From Candidatus Sumerlaeaceae bacterium (lineage in GTDB: Bacteria; Sumerlaeota; Sumerlaeia; Sumerlaeales; Sumerlaeaceae), in NCBI GenBank assembly GCA_051003195.1, contig JBPCLP010000009.1, positions 1 through 64,000 on the forward strand: a stretch of DNA of 64,000 nucleotides, in the 5' to 3' direction. The notes beneath the pieces were generated by a model, which was not told the origin of the DNA, made no database searches, and was given only the letters and a program-made list of their open reading frames with translations. Positions 50,670-59,886 of the stretch are shown here, piece by piece. The translations under genes and the position numbers were made by a program. Positions within the stretch are counted from its first letter, which is position 1; every line of letters begins with the position of its first letter.

Positions 50670-50769
50670 CTAGTGTGGTCTACCGTTAGTTCGTAATCAG
50701 TTCTGTGTGCCGAATCGAGGTCAAGTCTGCCCTTTGCTCTGGTAAGGAACTACTTATTCGGCACACTGG
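50670..50769. mobile_element. about 100-bp MITE-like element with inverted CYAGTGTG-N10-AGTTC ends
   Basis: Left end CTAGTGTGGTCTACCGTTAGTTC; right end reverse complement CCAGTGTGCCGAATAAGTAGTTC; internal 11-bp stem 50705-50715/50756-50766. Confidence 0.6.
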
Positions 50770-50823
50770 ATTCACACAGAGTTACACGAAGTCACTTCCA
50801 ACCAGATTCCAGTGCTTTTACCA

Positions 50824-52686
50824 TTATGAGAACAAATCAGCGATCAATTTCTCGTAATGGTTCGCAACGACGTTGCGCTTAATTTTCAGGGTCTGGGTGA
50901 GCATTCCATTGTCCTCAGAGAATGGCTCGGACAGTAGTGCGACCTTCGAGATGTGGTCGCTCGGTTTAAAGGTAGCCTCAGCTGCCATCGCACTCTTAAT
51001 GGCTTCGCGCACAGCTTTCACGGCCTGCGGGCTCGCTGCCACCTCTGTAGCTGAGGTGTTATCCGGCAGTCCGATTGCAACGGCCAGCGCGGCGTAGTTC
51101 GGCACCACGAGCGCCCCAACGGTTTTCTGGTCCTGTCCCACGCATACGATCTGCTGGATGAGCGGGCTTTTGCGCGCGGCGTCCTCGATGGGTTCAGGCT
51201 CGACATTTTCACCGCCAACGAGTACAATCGTGTCCTTCGCGCGTCCAGAAATGACCAGGTCTCCGGATGCGGCGATCCATCCGAGGTCGCCGGTGTTGAA
51301 CCAGCCGTCCTCACTGAGCACTTTGGCTGTGGCTTCGACATTATTGTAATAGCCGCTCATAACCTGCGGCCCGCGCGCGAAAATAATTCCCGCAGTGCCT
51401 TGTGGCAGCAGGTTGCCGGGGTCGTCGCGAACCTGGATTTCTGTTTCCGGCATGGGTAGTCCAACCGTGCCACGCACATTGTGCGTTGTACGGCGATTGC
51501 ATAGGACTGGAGCCGTTTCTGTAAGGCCGTAGCCATTGAGGATCGGTACGCCGACCATCTCGAAGAAATCGTCGAGGTATGCGGCCAGGCTCCCGCCGCC
51601 ACTGACGGCTGCGCGCATCCTGCCACCGGTGACGGCCCGCAATCTGGAAAAGACCAATGCATCACCCAGCTCGTAGGCGGGCGCGAGGGCGACCATGGCA
51701 GCAATAGCCTGGGCCTTCTCTGCCGCGCCCGCGGGGGTGCGCCTGACGTCGGTTGCGGTGGCTACGCGTTTCGCGTGAATGTAGCGGCTGCCGACCCGGG
51801 TGAAAAACGCGAAGAGCTTCTGTCGCGCCGGTGGCGACTTGCGCACCTTATCCTGGATGGCGTCGTATACGCTTTCCCAAATACGCGGCACGCACGGCAT
51901 CAGGTGCGGGCGCATCTCTTCCATGTCTTTCTTAAGAAACCGTTTGTCGCTGTAGACGAGAGTGGCGCCATGGCGCAGCGCATAGTATTCCACGGCGCGT
52001 TCGTATGCATGCCACGTGGGTAGAATGGAAAGAACGATCTCGCCGGGCATTGCAGTCGTCCCTAGGTCCACTCCATCGGGTTGATGTGCAAGATTCCCAT
52101 GTGTCAGCATGACTCCCTTGGGCGAGCCTGTCGTCCCCGAAGTGTACACGATCGTCGCCAGTGTGGAGGGCGTTACCTTTGCCGACAGTGCGTCGAACTG
52201 CTCCAGGTTTGAGTCGCCACGCTGCTGGATTGCGGAGAAATTGATAACACTGGCCGGTGCATCGGCCGGTGCCGAGTCGTCCATGAGTACGACCAGTTTG
52301 ACCGCCTTCATTATTTCTGAGTTCGAAAGCCGATCGTAAATGTATTTGTCCTGCAGCACTGCAGCCGTGGTGCCGCTGTGCTTCATAATAAACTCGAATT
52401 CCGCGGTGGAGGTATCGGACCCGCGCGGGACATCGACGGTGCCCATACCCAGCATGCCAAGGTCCGCAATCATCCAACGGGGGCGATTGTCGGAAAAAAA
52501 AGCGATCCGTTCGCCAGGCGCGATTCCGCTGGCGGCGAGTCCCGCTCCGAAACTGCGTGCCTGCGCCGCGAGTTGCGCATAAGTTAATTTATCGGGCGGA
52601 TTTCCGTGTGGGTTGTCCAGGGCCACGACATTCGCGTGGCGCTGCGCCGCCTCGAAAAAGAACTGCGGGATGGTGCGCTGCGGCAA
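50824..52686 (-). CDS. long-chain fatty acid-CoA ligase (AMP-binding)
   Basis: YTSGTTGSPKG, GYGLTET, FNTGDLG and GRAKD motifs. Confidence 0.92.
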   Translation of the reverse strand: MPQRTIPQFFFEAAQRHANVVALDNPHGNPPDKLTYAQLAAQARSFGAGLAASGIAPGERIAFFSDNRPRWMIADLGMLGMGTVDVPRGSDTSTAEFEFIMKHSGTTAAVLQDKYIYDRLSNSEIMKAVKLVVLMDDSAPADAPASVINFSAIQQRGDSNLEQFDALSAKVTPSTLATIVYTSGTTGSPKGVMLTHGNLAHQPDGVDLGTTAMPGEIVLSILPTWHAYERAVEYYALRHGATLVYSDKRFLKKDMEEMRPHLMPCVPRIWESVYDAIQDKVRKSPPARQKLFAFFTRVGSRYIHAKRVATATDVRRTPAGAAEKAQAIAAMVALAPAYELGDALVFSRLRAVTGGRMRAAVSGGGSLAAYLDDFFEMVGVPILNGYGLTETAPVLCNRRTTHNVRGTVGLPMPETEIQVRDDPGNLLPQGTAGIIFARGPQVMSGYYNNVEATAKVLSEDGWFNTGDLGWIAASGDLVISGRAKDTIVLVGGENVEPEPIEDAARKSPLIQQIVCVGQDQKTVGALVVPNYAALAVAIGLPDNTSATEVAASPQAVKAVREAIKSAMAAEATFKPSDHISKVALLSEPFSEDNGMLTQTLKIKRNVVANHYEKLIADLFS

Positions 52687-52692
52687 GGGTTA

Positions 52693-52986
52693 CTACTGGG
52701 TCTCGACCGTATAGACCATGAATCCCTTGGGGTTGGAAACCACAAAGGACTTACCATCACCGACCGCCACCACGTCCTTCAAATCGGCGACGGAAAACCC
52801 CTGCAGACTTTTTACAATAAGCCTGCGCTGAGTTGTGGTGGTGGATAAGGTGGTTTGCGCGTGCGCGCTCGATTCAAGCGGGAATATCAACTCCGCACTA
52901 CCGGGCGAACGGAAAAGGTTCGCGGCCAGAAGTGCGGCGATCAGCACGAGCATCAGTTTTCCGAAACGGTCCTGTAGCATTGGCAT
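52693..52986 (-). CDS. small exported hypothetical protein
   Basis: AAGGA RBS; hydrophobic N-terminus; AHAQ cleavage-like site. Confidence 0.6.
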   Translation of the reverse strand: MPMLQDRFGKLMLVLIAALLAANLFRSPGSAELIFPLESSAHAQTTLSTTTTQRRLIVKSLQGFSVADLKDVVAVGDGKSFVVSNPKGFMVYTVETQ

Positions 52987-53051
52987 CGGTTCCTTGATCA
53001 GAGATTCTGCCGCAGCCAGACAGGCGCATGGGCAAGGGGCAAGCGTAAACC

Positions 53052-53359
53052 GAATGCGGAGTGCGGAGTGCGGAGCGCGGAGTACCAACAAGGTGTATGG
53101 ATTTCGATTACGACGGTGAGCACGAGCACGATTGGGAGTCAGGTTATGAGTTGGACTTTCCATACGGACTTGAGGCCCCAGAGGACGAGGGTGCGGTCGT
53201 CCCACCGGTCGAGGTTATGGCGACGCAGCGGTCTACGTCGATGCATTGGAACAGGGGCGAGAGTTGGCCGGGTGGAATGGGATCGCCGGGGTCGCTGTTG
53301 GGGGTGTCGGCTATTGCAGGATGGAACCCCTCAACCGCAGGCGAGACGCCTGCGCCACC
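53052..53359. repeat. composite intergenic repeat tract (heptamers, hexamers, REP-like palindrome)
   Basis: (GCGGAGY)x4 at 53056-53083; CGATTA/CGAGCA hexamers at 53105-53134; GCAGGCGAGACGCCTGCGCCACC at 53337-53359. Confidence 0.65.
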
Positions 53360-53389
53360 TGAGAAACCCATTAGAAGATTCCGCATGGG

Positions 53390-54070
53390 TCAGACCTCCA
53401 GCTTCAAAAACCTGCGCCGTGCGTACAAGTGCGCGAACGCACACCATGCGCCACCGAGAATCCACCACATCAGGGGGATCTTTAGAATGGGTGTGCCTTC
53501 TTCCGCGGGATTCATGTGAAAGTACTGATACCACAACTCGCCAATCAGTGCGCCGAGAAGCAGCACGCCAAACGGCATGATCATTGAGGCCAGCAGCGCG
53601 GTGAGACCCTGGCGCAGCAGCAGCGCCATAAGCGGGCCGCTGAAGAACGCGGACACTAGCATGATCAGCATCGCCTTGTAGAGAGCCGCAGTGGGTTCAT
53701 GGAGATTATTTGGCCAGAGGTGGAATGCCAACACTGCGAATAGCTCCATGAGAGCGAGTGCCAGTAGGCATGCCCCCACCAGAAGGATTTTGCGATTCCA
53801 GATGGCTGCACGCCGCACAGGCTGCGCGAGCAGTCGCGCCATTGTGTTGTTTGCAAACTCGCTGCTGAACGGATACGTGGCGACAGCATGGACGAGCGTA
53901 TAACCCGCAAACCAGAGCAGACCTACGATGAACCCATTGTATTGCCCTGTCGTCACACCGCTGGAATACACGAGTTGCATGAGCCCGAGCAGAAGGACAG
54001 CTAACGCTGCAATCCAGTACCACATCAACTCGCGTGCTTCTTTGCGAAAGAACTGCTGGTTGAGGCTCAT
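53390..54070 (-). CDS. ABC-2-type transporter permease
   Basis: FSSEFANNTMARLLAQPVRR..IW..K motif; six TM helices. Confidence 0.8.
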   Translation of the reverse strand: MSLNQQFFRKEARELMWYWIAALAVLLLGLMQLVYSSGVTTGQYNGFIVGLLWFAGYTLVHAVATYPFSSEFANNTMARLLAQPVRRAAIWNRKILLVGACLLALALMELFAVLAFHLWPNNLHEPTAALYKAMLIMLVSAFFSGPLMALLLRQGLTALLASMIMPFGVLLLGALIGELWYQYFHMNPAEEGTPILKIPLMWWILGGAWCAFAHLYARRRFLKLEV

Positions 54071-54128
54071 GCGTGTACCCCGGGCGTGGATTGGCGCGCG
54101 TGTGTATCGTTGTTTCTCTTGTTCACGT

Positions 54129-54878
54129 TCACACCTCGAGCCGCTCGAACCGGCGGTAGGCTGTTCTGAACGTCACGAAGGCTAGCAACCCAAGAAGCAG
54201 CGATGCGGTCAGGGCAAACTGGAGGTAATCTTCACCACCCCTGTCAAAGTCGTCCATGAAGTCGCGAAGCCATCCGAACCCGAACGCCACGGCAATCAGA
54301 TACGCAATGAGCAGAAGCAGCGCTGGGAGCGACCGGCGCATAAGCATGGCAATGAGCGGCCCGGCTGAAATCATTACCGCGCCCCAGGAAAACAGAAGAA
54401 TCCCGCCCATGGAAAGCGTTGCTGGAGGATAAATATCGGTCCTTACAACCGATTGCACTCCCCATGTAATTGCCGGCGAGAGGGCGAGCAGCAATGCAGC
54501 GGCCGTGACGCCGAGCTTCTCAGACCATAACTGAAGTCGGCTGACGGGCTGCACCACCAGTTGGCCAATGGTTGAATTCTGAAACTCGATGAGGAAGGAT
54601 TGCAGGCAGAGCGCGCAGATGGAAATGACAAAAACGGCACCGCCGATGGCGTAACAAAGATAACCGAGTGCCTGCAGGAATCTCTCGCGCGGCATATGAT
54701 TTTCAGAATTTGCAGCCGCCAGGAGGAAAAGGCCGATGGTGATGAGTGCCTGGCAAACTAGAATCGCAGCAACGTAGGGCGCAAGGATGCGAAACTCATG
54801 GCGTATGCGTGGGTTGCGAATGGCCATGACGTTCGGGCGTTCCCCGCTTCGCTGCGACAATGCAGCAATCGCGTTCAC
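54129..54878 (-). CDS. ABC-2-type transporter permease (paralog of 53390-54070)
   Basis: EFQNSTIGQLVVQPVSRLQLW.EK motif; ends RRFERLEV like its neighbour (RRFLKLEV). Confidence 0.8.
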   Translation of the reverse strand: MNAIAALSQRSGERPNVMAIRNPRIRHEFRILAPYVAAILVCQALITIGLFLLAAANSENHMPRERFLQALGYLCYAIGGAVFVISICALCLQSFLIEFQNSTIGQLVVQPVSRLQLWSEKLGVTAAALLLALSPAITWGVQSVVRTDIYPPATLSMGGILLFSWGAVMISAGPLIAMLMRRSLPALLLLIAYLIAVAFGFGWLRDFMDDFDRGGEDYLQFALTASLLLGLLAFVTFRTAYRRFERLEV

Positions 54879-55813
54879 AAGCGCCCGCCCTTTGCCGTTC
54901 CCGTGGCAATGAAGATCTCCTCAAGCGTCAGGTTCTCGACTTCGACTTCCGCGGGGTTCAACGCCTTGAGTCTCGCATGCAGGTCGTCGCTGTATTCGTT
55001 TGTCAGTATCGTAGTGACACCGTCCTCGCGGCTGGCCTGTACGACGCCGAACTCGCCGAGGTTTGCGGGACGGTTGCCGTTCATCCAGCGCAGATGCACG
55101 CGTTTGCACCGCTGACGCGCGATCTCGCTTTCCAGCGTGAGGATGTCGCGTCCCTTGTCGATAATCGTAAACTCGTCGATCAGGCCTTCCCATTCGTGAA
55201 TGAGGTGCGTCGAGACGAGCACGGTGCGTTGGCCGGGAGCGGCGTCGAGGTACGCGCCAATGACCGTTTGGAGGAACTCGCGCCGGACAATCGGATCCAG
55301 GCCTGACGTCGGCTCATCCAGCAGCAGCAGGTCGGGTTCGGGGCACACGGCGCATACCAGGCCGAGCTGGCTGCGCATCCCCTTGCTCATCGAATCTACA
55401 CGTTTATTGGGGTCCATGTCGAAACGCGCGAGCAGGTCCATCTCGACGTCGCGATTCCAGTGTCTGCGAAACGACGCCGAGTAATCGAGCACCTCGCGCG
55501 CGGACATCCACGGGTGGAACGCCACGACTTCGGGCACGTAGCCGATGTGCGTTTTTACGCCTACTTCGTCGTACTGCGGTTCCTTGCCGAACACTTTCAC
55601 AACGCCGGCGCTGGGGCGCAGGTGATTGAGCAGGCATTTCATGGTGGTGCTTTTGCCGGCACCATTACGACCGAACAACCCGAAGCAGCGACCCTGGCGA
55701 ACGGTGAGGTTGAGACCGTCCACAGCTTCGGTCTTACCGTAGCGGCGCACGAGTCCGCGGATTTCGACCGCGGGGGTGGGGGCGTTGGGCGTGGTGCTGG
55801 GCTGCTGGGTCAT
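54875..55813 (-). CDS. ABC transporter ATP-binding protein (YtrB-like)
   Basis: GRNGAGKST, MSKGM and LLDEPTSGLD motifs. Confidence 0.92.
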   Translation of the reverse strand: MTQQPSTTPNAPTPAVEIRGLVRRYGKTEAVDGLNLTVRQGRCFGLFGRNGAGKSTTMKCLLNHLRPSAGVVKVFGKEPQYDEVGVKTHIGYVPEVVAFHPWMSAREVLDYSASFRRHWNRDVEMDLLARFDMDPNKRVDSMSKGMRSQLGLVCAVCPEPDLLLLDEPTSGLDPIVRREFLQTVIGAYLDAAPGQRTVLVSTHLIHEWEGLIDEFTIIDKGRDILTLESEIARQRCKRVHLRWMNGNRPANLGEFGVVQASREDGVTTILTNEYSDDLHARLKALNPAEVEVENLTLEEIFIATGTAKGGRL

Positions 55814-55860
55814 GGCAGGGGTCCTCCGGGGTGGTGGGGGTGAATGGGGCTGGTGGGGTT

Positions 55861-55923
55861 GATGGGAGGAATAGGACTTATAGGAGATATAGGACCTATA
55901 TGGCCTATAAGTGCTGCATAGGT
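55861..55923. repeat. 9-bp periodic degenerate tandem repeat
   Basis: AATAGGACT TATAGGAGA TATAGGACC TATATGGCC TATAAGTGC. Confidence 0.65.
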
Positions 55924-55925
55924 GT

Positions 55926-56321
55926 TCATGCGCTGGCCCTCCGCTTCTGGAAATCGTGCAGGCGCTGGCGGACGAGATTGATCAGGTCGTCATCCATTAC
56001 CTGGAAATGGTGCGCCTGGACAACAGCAGCGTCGATGGCATCGACGAGGATCTCGTCGCGTACGCGCTTTTTGAAAGGGCTGCCGTTGCTGGCGACGAAC
56101 ACGCCGCGGCCGTGCTGCAAATCCACGACGCCTTCATGCTCGAGTTCCGCGTAGGCTTTGGACACGGTATTGCGATTAATGCGGAGCTGCTCGGCCAGGT
56201 CCCGGATTGAAGGGAGCTGGTCACCTGCGCGCAGGGTTCCTGCCGCGGCCGCATACTTTACCTGCTCGGTGATCTGCAGGTAGGTGGGCTTTCCGGACTT
56301 AAAATTGATTTCAATTCGCAT
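55926..56321 (-). CDS. GntR-family regulator, YtrA subfamily
   Basis: PTYLQI, LPSIRDLA, NRNTVSKAY and GRGVFV motifs; short C-terminus; precedes the ABC operon. Confidence 0.92.
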   Translation of the reverse strand: MRIEINFKSGKPTYLQITEQVKYAAAAGTLRAGDQLPSIRDLAEQLRINRNTVSKAYAELEHEGVVDLQHGRGVFVASNGSPFKKRVRDEILVDAIDAAVVQAHHFQVMDDDLINLVRQRLHDFQKRRASA

Positions 56322-56336
56322 GACGTGTCATCTTAT

Positions 56337-56360
56337 ACTGTCCTAGTACAATGTGACAGT
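56337..56360. promoter_or_regulatory. probable YtrA-type operator
   Basis: ACTGTC-CTAGTACAATGT-GACAGT inverted repeat containing TAGTACA, immediately upstream of the gntR start. Confidence 0.6.
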
Positions 56361-56401
56361 TGGAAGATTCAAGGGGAAAGTGTGTCGTGAGAAAAGAGAA
56401 C

Positions 56402-56517
56402 CACAGAGACACAGAGGCACAGAGTGAACACAGAGACCTGACGACGGACACCTGACGCATTCGAGCGGCAACGAGTAGCTGTATCCACGAATGGCACGAA
56501 GTTGCACGAAGAACGAA
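56402..56517. repeat. 8-bp and 9/10-bp periodic short tandem repeats
   Basis: CACAGAGA CACAGAGG CACAGAGT..CACAGAGA at 56402-56436; CACGAA at 56486, 56495 and 56505. Confidence 0.6.
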
Positions 56518-56657
56518 CATGTCGTAAGAGTCTTCAGTATTATCGGCGGCGGCGGCGGGTGGTTGGCGACCGGGGGTTGCTGGTCGTTTTGTGGGCTGAA
56601 TAAAGCGAGGTTGGTCTGATAGGATTTCGGGCGGTTGGTTTGGTCTGACGGATGCGC

Positions 56658-56747
56658 GGAGGGATGTCCGAGTGGCTTAAGGAGCACGCTTGGAAAGCGT
56701 GTATACTCGCAAGGGTATCCAGGGTTCGAATCCCTGTCCCTCCGCCA
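56658..56747 (+). tRNA. tRNA-Ser (anticodon GGA)
   Basis: GGAGGGA/TCCCTCC acceptor stem, CACGC-TTGGAAA-GCGTG anticodon arm, long variable arm, GGTTCGAATCC, encoded CCA. Confidence 0.97.
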
Positions 56748-56970
56748 GAACGTTCCGCGCAGATGGGGCGGCGAGCGCAACGGTCTAAAAGAAGAATGAG
56801 AATCCACGAATCCGACGAATCGGCCTAAAGCAGCACCGCCGCAACCAAATCGAGCCCACGCCTCGCAGCAAGCTGCGCAAAATGCAAAGGGTCGCGCTAA
56901 CGCGCTTTGTTGGAAGTTGGAAAAGATTATCTGCAACCAGCGGCGATTTTGGGGTGTAGGGATACGAAAC

Positions 56971-57004
56971 AAAAAAGCCCCGGTGCGGGTAGCGCCGGGG
57001 CTTT
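56971..57004 (-). terminator. rho-independent terminator (possibly bidirectional)
   Basis: AAAAAAGCCCCGGTGC-GGGTA-GCGCCGGGGCTTT between the convergent tRNA and CDS. Confidence 0.8.
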
Positions 57005-57022
57005 AGTATCTATGTTGAGCTG

Positions 57023-58105
57023 TTAGTTTTCGTATATCGCCCAGTCGGCTACCGCTGCCGGCGTCTGCTGATAGACGGTGTATTTACGAGGGGAATCCTC
57101 GGTACCGGTGATCAGGTACTTTGTACCGCTCACAGTGAAAAAAGTATGACCGAGAGCTGCATCGGCTGCCGGAAGCTGCCCGCCAGTGCTGCCGGTCCCG
57201 TCGATGAACTGGTAATGAGCTGCATTCGGGCCAGTCAGCGAGCCATCAATCAGTCTCCAACCTTGTGCGCCGACCGCATTGCCGCCGCGCCCGGTCATTA
57301 CAATATTGTCTGCAGCATTTAGGCTCACCGACTGATAGAAAGGTGAGTTTGAGCTGCTTTCGCCCGTCAGGTCAGCAACGAACGGATTAACCGCACCTGA
57401 GTAACTTGTAGTAGCGGGTGTGCCTGCAGTACTGGTGAAGTAATGAACGCCGCCATTGCTTGTACCGGTGACCGTGTGGCTGATATAGATTCGGCTGTGA
57501 GCAGCATCGTAAGTCGCACTGGGGGCGTTGCCTGTGAAGCCAGCCGCGGTGACAGGGCTGCCTGCATCTTCCGTTGCGGTGTTTGTTCCGGTATTTACGG
57601 TCAGGAAATGCAGACTTCCTGAGGCGTACCCAGGCAGTACAACTTTGTTAACACCGACTGCCGTGCAACCACCGCACAGTTCGAGTCCGCCAGGGAGAGT
57701 AATCAGATTCGTCGCCCATGTGGTGGGTCCCGTTTGCACAAATTTGGCGAGATAAGTGTTGGTCGCGTCTTGTCCGCTGGCATAGATGGTTCCATTTGGA
57801 TCGATGGTGATACCTTCCCAAGAACCTGGGCCGTATGGATCCGGAGGCACACTGCTTCCGCTTGCATCGTAGACGACCGTGAAATCCCCTGCGACACCAG
57901 TCGCCGTCAGCGGGGTAGCAATCATCCATACCTTGTCCGAGTTGTTATCACAAAAGTAGATGGTGCCGGTAGTACTAGCCGTGGCAACTGTCATACGTTG
58001 ACCAGGCGAGTTAAACTGGCTTTTGTAGCCATACGTCGGTGCGGCAAAAGATGGGACAGCCAATAAACCAATCGCTGCACTGATGAAAACGAATTCTTTC
58101 CTCAC
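57023..58105 (-). CDS. secreted Thr/Gly-rich beta-propeller-like hypothetical protein with C-terminal AAVADWAIYEN motif
   Basis: GAGGGG RBS before GTG; signal peptide ending SFA; EGITIDPNGTIY NHL-like motif. Confidence 0.7.
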   Translation of the reverse strand: MRKEFVFISAAIGLLAVPSFAAPTYGYKSQFNSPGQRMTVATASTTGTIYFCDNNSDKVWMIATPLTATGVAGDFTVVYDASGSSVPPDPYGPGSWEGITIDPNGTIYASGQDATNTYLAKFVQTGPTTWATNLITLPGGLELCGGCTAVGVNKVVLPGYASGSLHFLTVNTGTNTATEDAGSPVTAAGFTGNAPSATYDAAHSRIYISHTVTGTSNGGVHYFTSTAGTPATTSYSGAVNPFVADLTGESSSNSPFYQSVSLNAADNIVMTGRGGNAVGAQGWRLIDGSLTGPNAAHYQFIDGTGSTGGQLPAADAALGHTFFTVSGTKYLITGTEDSPRKYTVYQQTPAAVADWAIYEN

Positions 58106-58314
58106 GTTAAGAATTCCCCTCTCTAAAGCAAGATTTAGCGTTTGTCGCAGGCTGAGGTGCGCAGGCACGCTGGGCCGCACAAATGCTTTGGAGATAGAGT
58201 TGTCGGGGTGCGGGATTTGAAGAGCAAATCTTATTCGCGCCCTTAGACCGGTTGAAATCTAGTGAACTACTGGAAGTTTGCCAAGTGTAATGTGTTCAAT
58301 ATTCGACGCCTAAG

Positions 58315-59844
58315 TTATTGCGGGTTAGCTGCCGCGGGTGCGCTGGTCAGCACATCGGCGGGGCGCGGGCCGGCGGTTTCCTGTGGTGTGGGTGATGCCG
58401 TTGCCGTCGGAGCAGCGGACGGAGGTGTGTTTGCTGCTGCAGCCGGTGTGGGTGCGGTGGAGACAGGTTCAGGCGCTGGCGTCGGGACTGGAGCGGCTTG
58501 CGAGGTTTCGCCAGGCGGGGCGGCAGGCGTGACAGAAACCGTCGCTGATGTCATGGTGGAATTTTCTGCAGAAGCAGACTCGTCAGCCAATCGCACCGCG
58601 ACTGCCTTACCATCCGGACCAAGCTGGTTTGCCGCAGCCACAAATTTGCCGTTCTTTACCTGCGCCACCTGCACCGGCTTCTTACAGTCGCCTTCCTGGT
58701 CAAAGAACGTCTTGCCGGTGAGGCTGTCGTAGGCCGTCTGGGGGGAGTCGAGGCCTTTCAGGTACTGCAGCACTGCGTCGCGGGTAAAGCCGTTCCTTTT
58801 AATGCCTTCGCACACCACGCTGATTGCGTCGTAGCTGAGCGCGGCCCAGGCGTCGGGTTCCCTGTGGTACTTTTTGCGGAAGCCAACATCAAACCGGCCC
58901 GCCTTCTCACCACCCAGGTCGAAGAGGAACGGGCACGTGACGTAAGCGCCTTCCGCCGCGGCTCCTGCCAGTGTGATGTACTGCTGACTGAAAACACCGT
59001 CACCACCAATAAACTGCGCCTTGATACCGATATCACGCGCTTGGCGTGCGATGTTCGCTGCCTCATTATATAGTCCAGCTACCAGGATAGCCTCGGGCTG
59101 TGGCTGCGCTCCGTGTACGGTTGTGAGTTGGGAGCGGAAATCGGGCTGCTCCTTATTGTAAGCCTGCTCGGCGACGATTTTAATCCCGAGTTCCTGTGCC
59201 TTTTTTTTAAAGCTGTCCTTGAGCCCGGCGCCATAGTCGTCGTTGTCGAACAGGATGGCCATGTTCTTAAAGCTGAGCACATTGCCGGCATATTGTGCCA
59301 GAGATTGCCCCTGGAAATCATCGGTGAAGATGTTCCGGTATGCATACTCGCTGTTTTTGGTAACTTCCACATTGGTGGATCCAGGCGAGAACATGACCAT
59401 TTTTGCCTGCGTGTAGATCGGCTTGCCGTTCAGCGAGCAGGAGCTGTTGAAGTGACCGATGACTGCCAGCACGGCATCATTGCTTGCGATGGTGCTGGCA
59501 ACCGTCTGCGCCTGCGCTGCATTTCCAGCATCGTCCTGGATGTTAAGCTTCAATTTACGGCCGTTTATGCCCCCCGTCGCGTTCAGCTCGTCCGCAAACA
59601 GCTCTACTCCCATCCTGATCTGAACACCGAACTCGGAGCTGTTACCTGTGAACGGACCCGCCACTCCCAGCATAAAAGTATCTTCTTTTGTGGCTGCTGT
59701 AGAGGTCGTAGAGCCGGGCTGAGTGCGACTCGCTGAGCGGCGGACCGACGGAGTGCCCTCCTGCTGCACTTTATTGTCACATCCACTCAGCGCGGCAACC
59801 AGTGCCAACGTTCCGAAGCCTGCAAAACCTAAGCGCATTCTCAT
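58315..59844 (-). CDS. branched-chain amino acid (LivJ-like) ABC substrate-binding lipoprotein with Pro/Ala/Thr tail
   Basis: LSGC lipobox; GGINGRKL, IGHFNSS, DDYG.G and YDA motifs. Confidence 0.9.
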   Translation of the reverse strand: MRMRLGFAGFGTLALVAALSGCDNKVQQEGTPSVRRSASRTQPGSTTSTAATKEDTFMLGVAGPFTGNSSEFGVQIRMGVELFADELNATGGINGRKLKLNIQDDAGNAAQAQTVASTIASNDAVLAVIGHFNSSCSLNGKPIYTQAKMVMFSPGSTNVEVTKNSEYAYRNIFTDDFQGQSLAQYAGNVLSFKNMAILFDNDDYGAGLKDSFKKKAQELGIKIVAEQAYNKEQPDFRSQLTTVHGAQPQPEAILVAGLYNEAANIARQARDIGIKAQFIGGDGVFSQQYITLAGAAAEGAYVTCPFLFDLGGEKAGRFDVGFRKKYHREPDAWAALSYDAISVVCEGIKRNGFTRDAVLQYLKGLDSPQTAYDSLTGKTFFDQEGDCKKPVQVAQVKNGKFVAAANQLGPDGKAVAVRLADESASAENSTMTSATVSVTPAAPPGETSQAAPVPTPAPEPVSTAPTPAAAANTPPSAAPTATASPTPQETAGPRPADVLTSAPAAANPQ

Positions 59845-59886
59845 ACTGTCCTCGGTTTTCTCTTCGATCAAAAAAGGACTGCTTTG

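Noticed and set aside
52987..53580. ORF extension 52987-53205 and plus-strand ORFs at 53061 and 53068
   Set aside because: These are translations of repeat tracts or antisense to a permease gene.
56343..56972. 209-aa minus-strand ORF
   Set aside because: It spans the tRNA antisense strand and short tandem repeats.
56658..57023. Integrative element at tRNA-Ser
   Set aside because: No integrase and no duplicated tRNA 3' end seen in the window.
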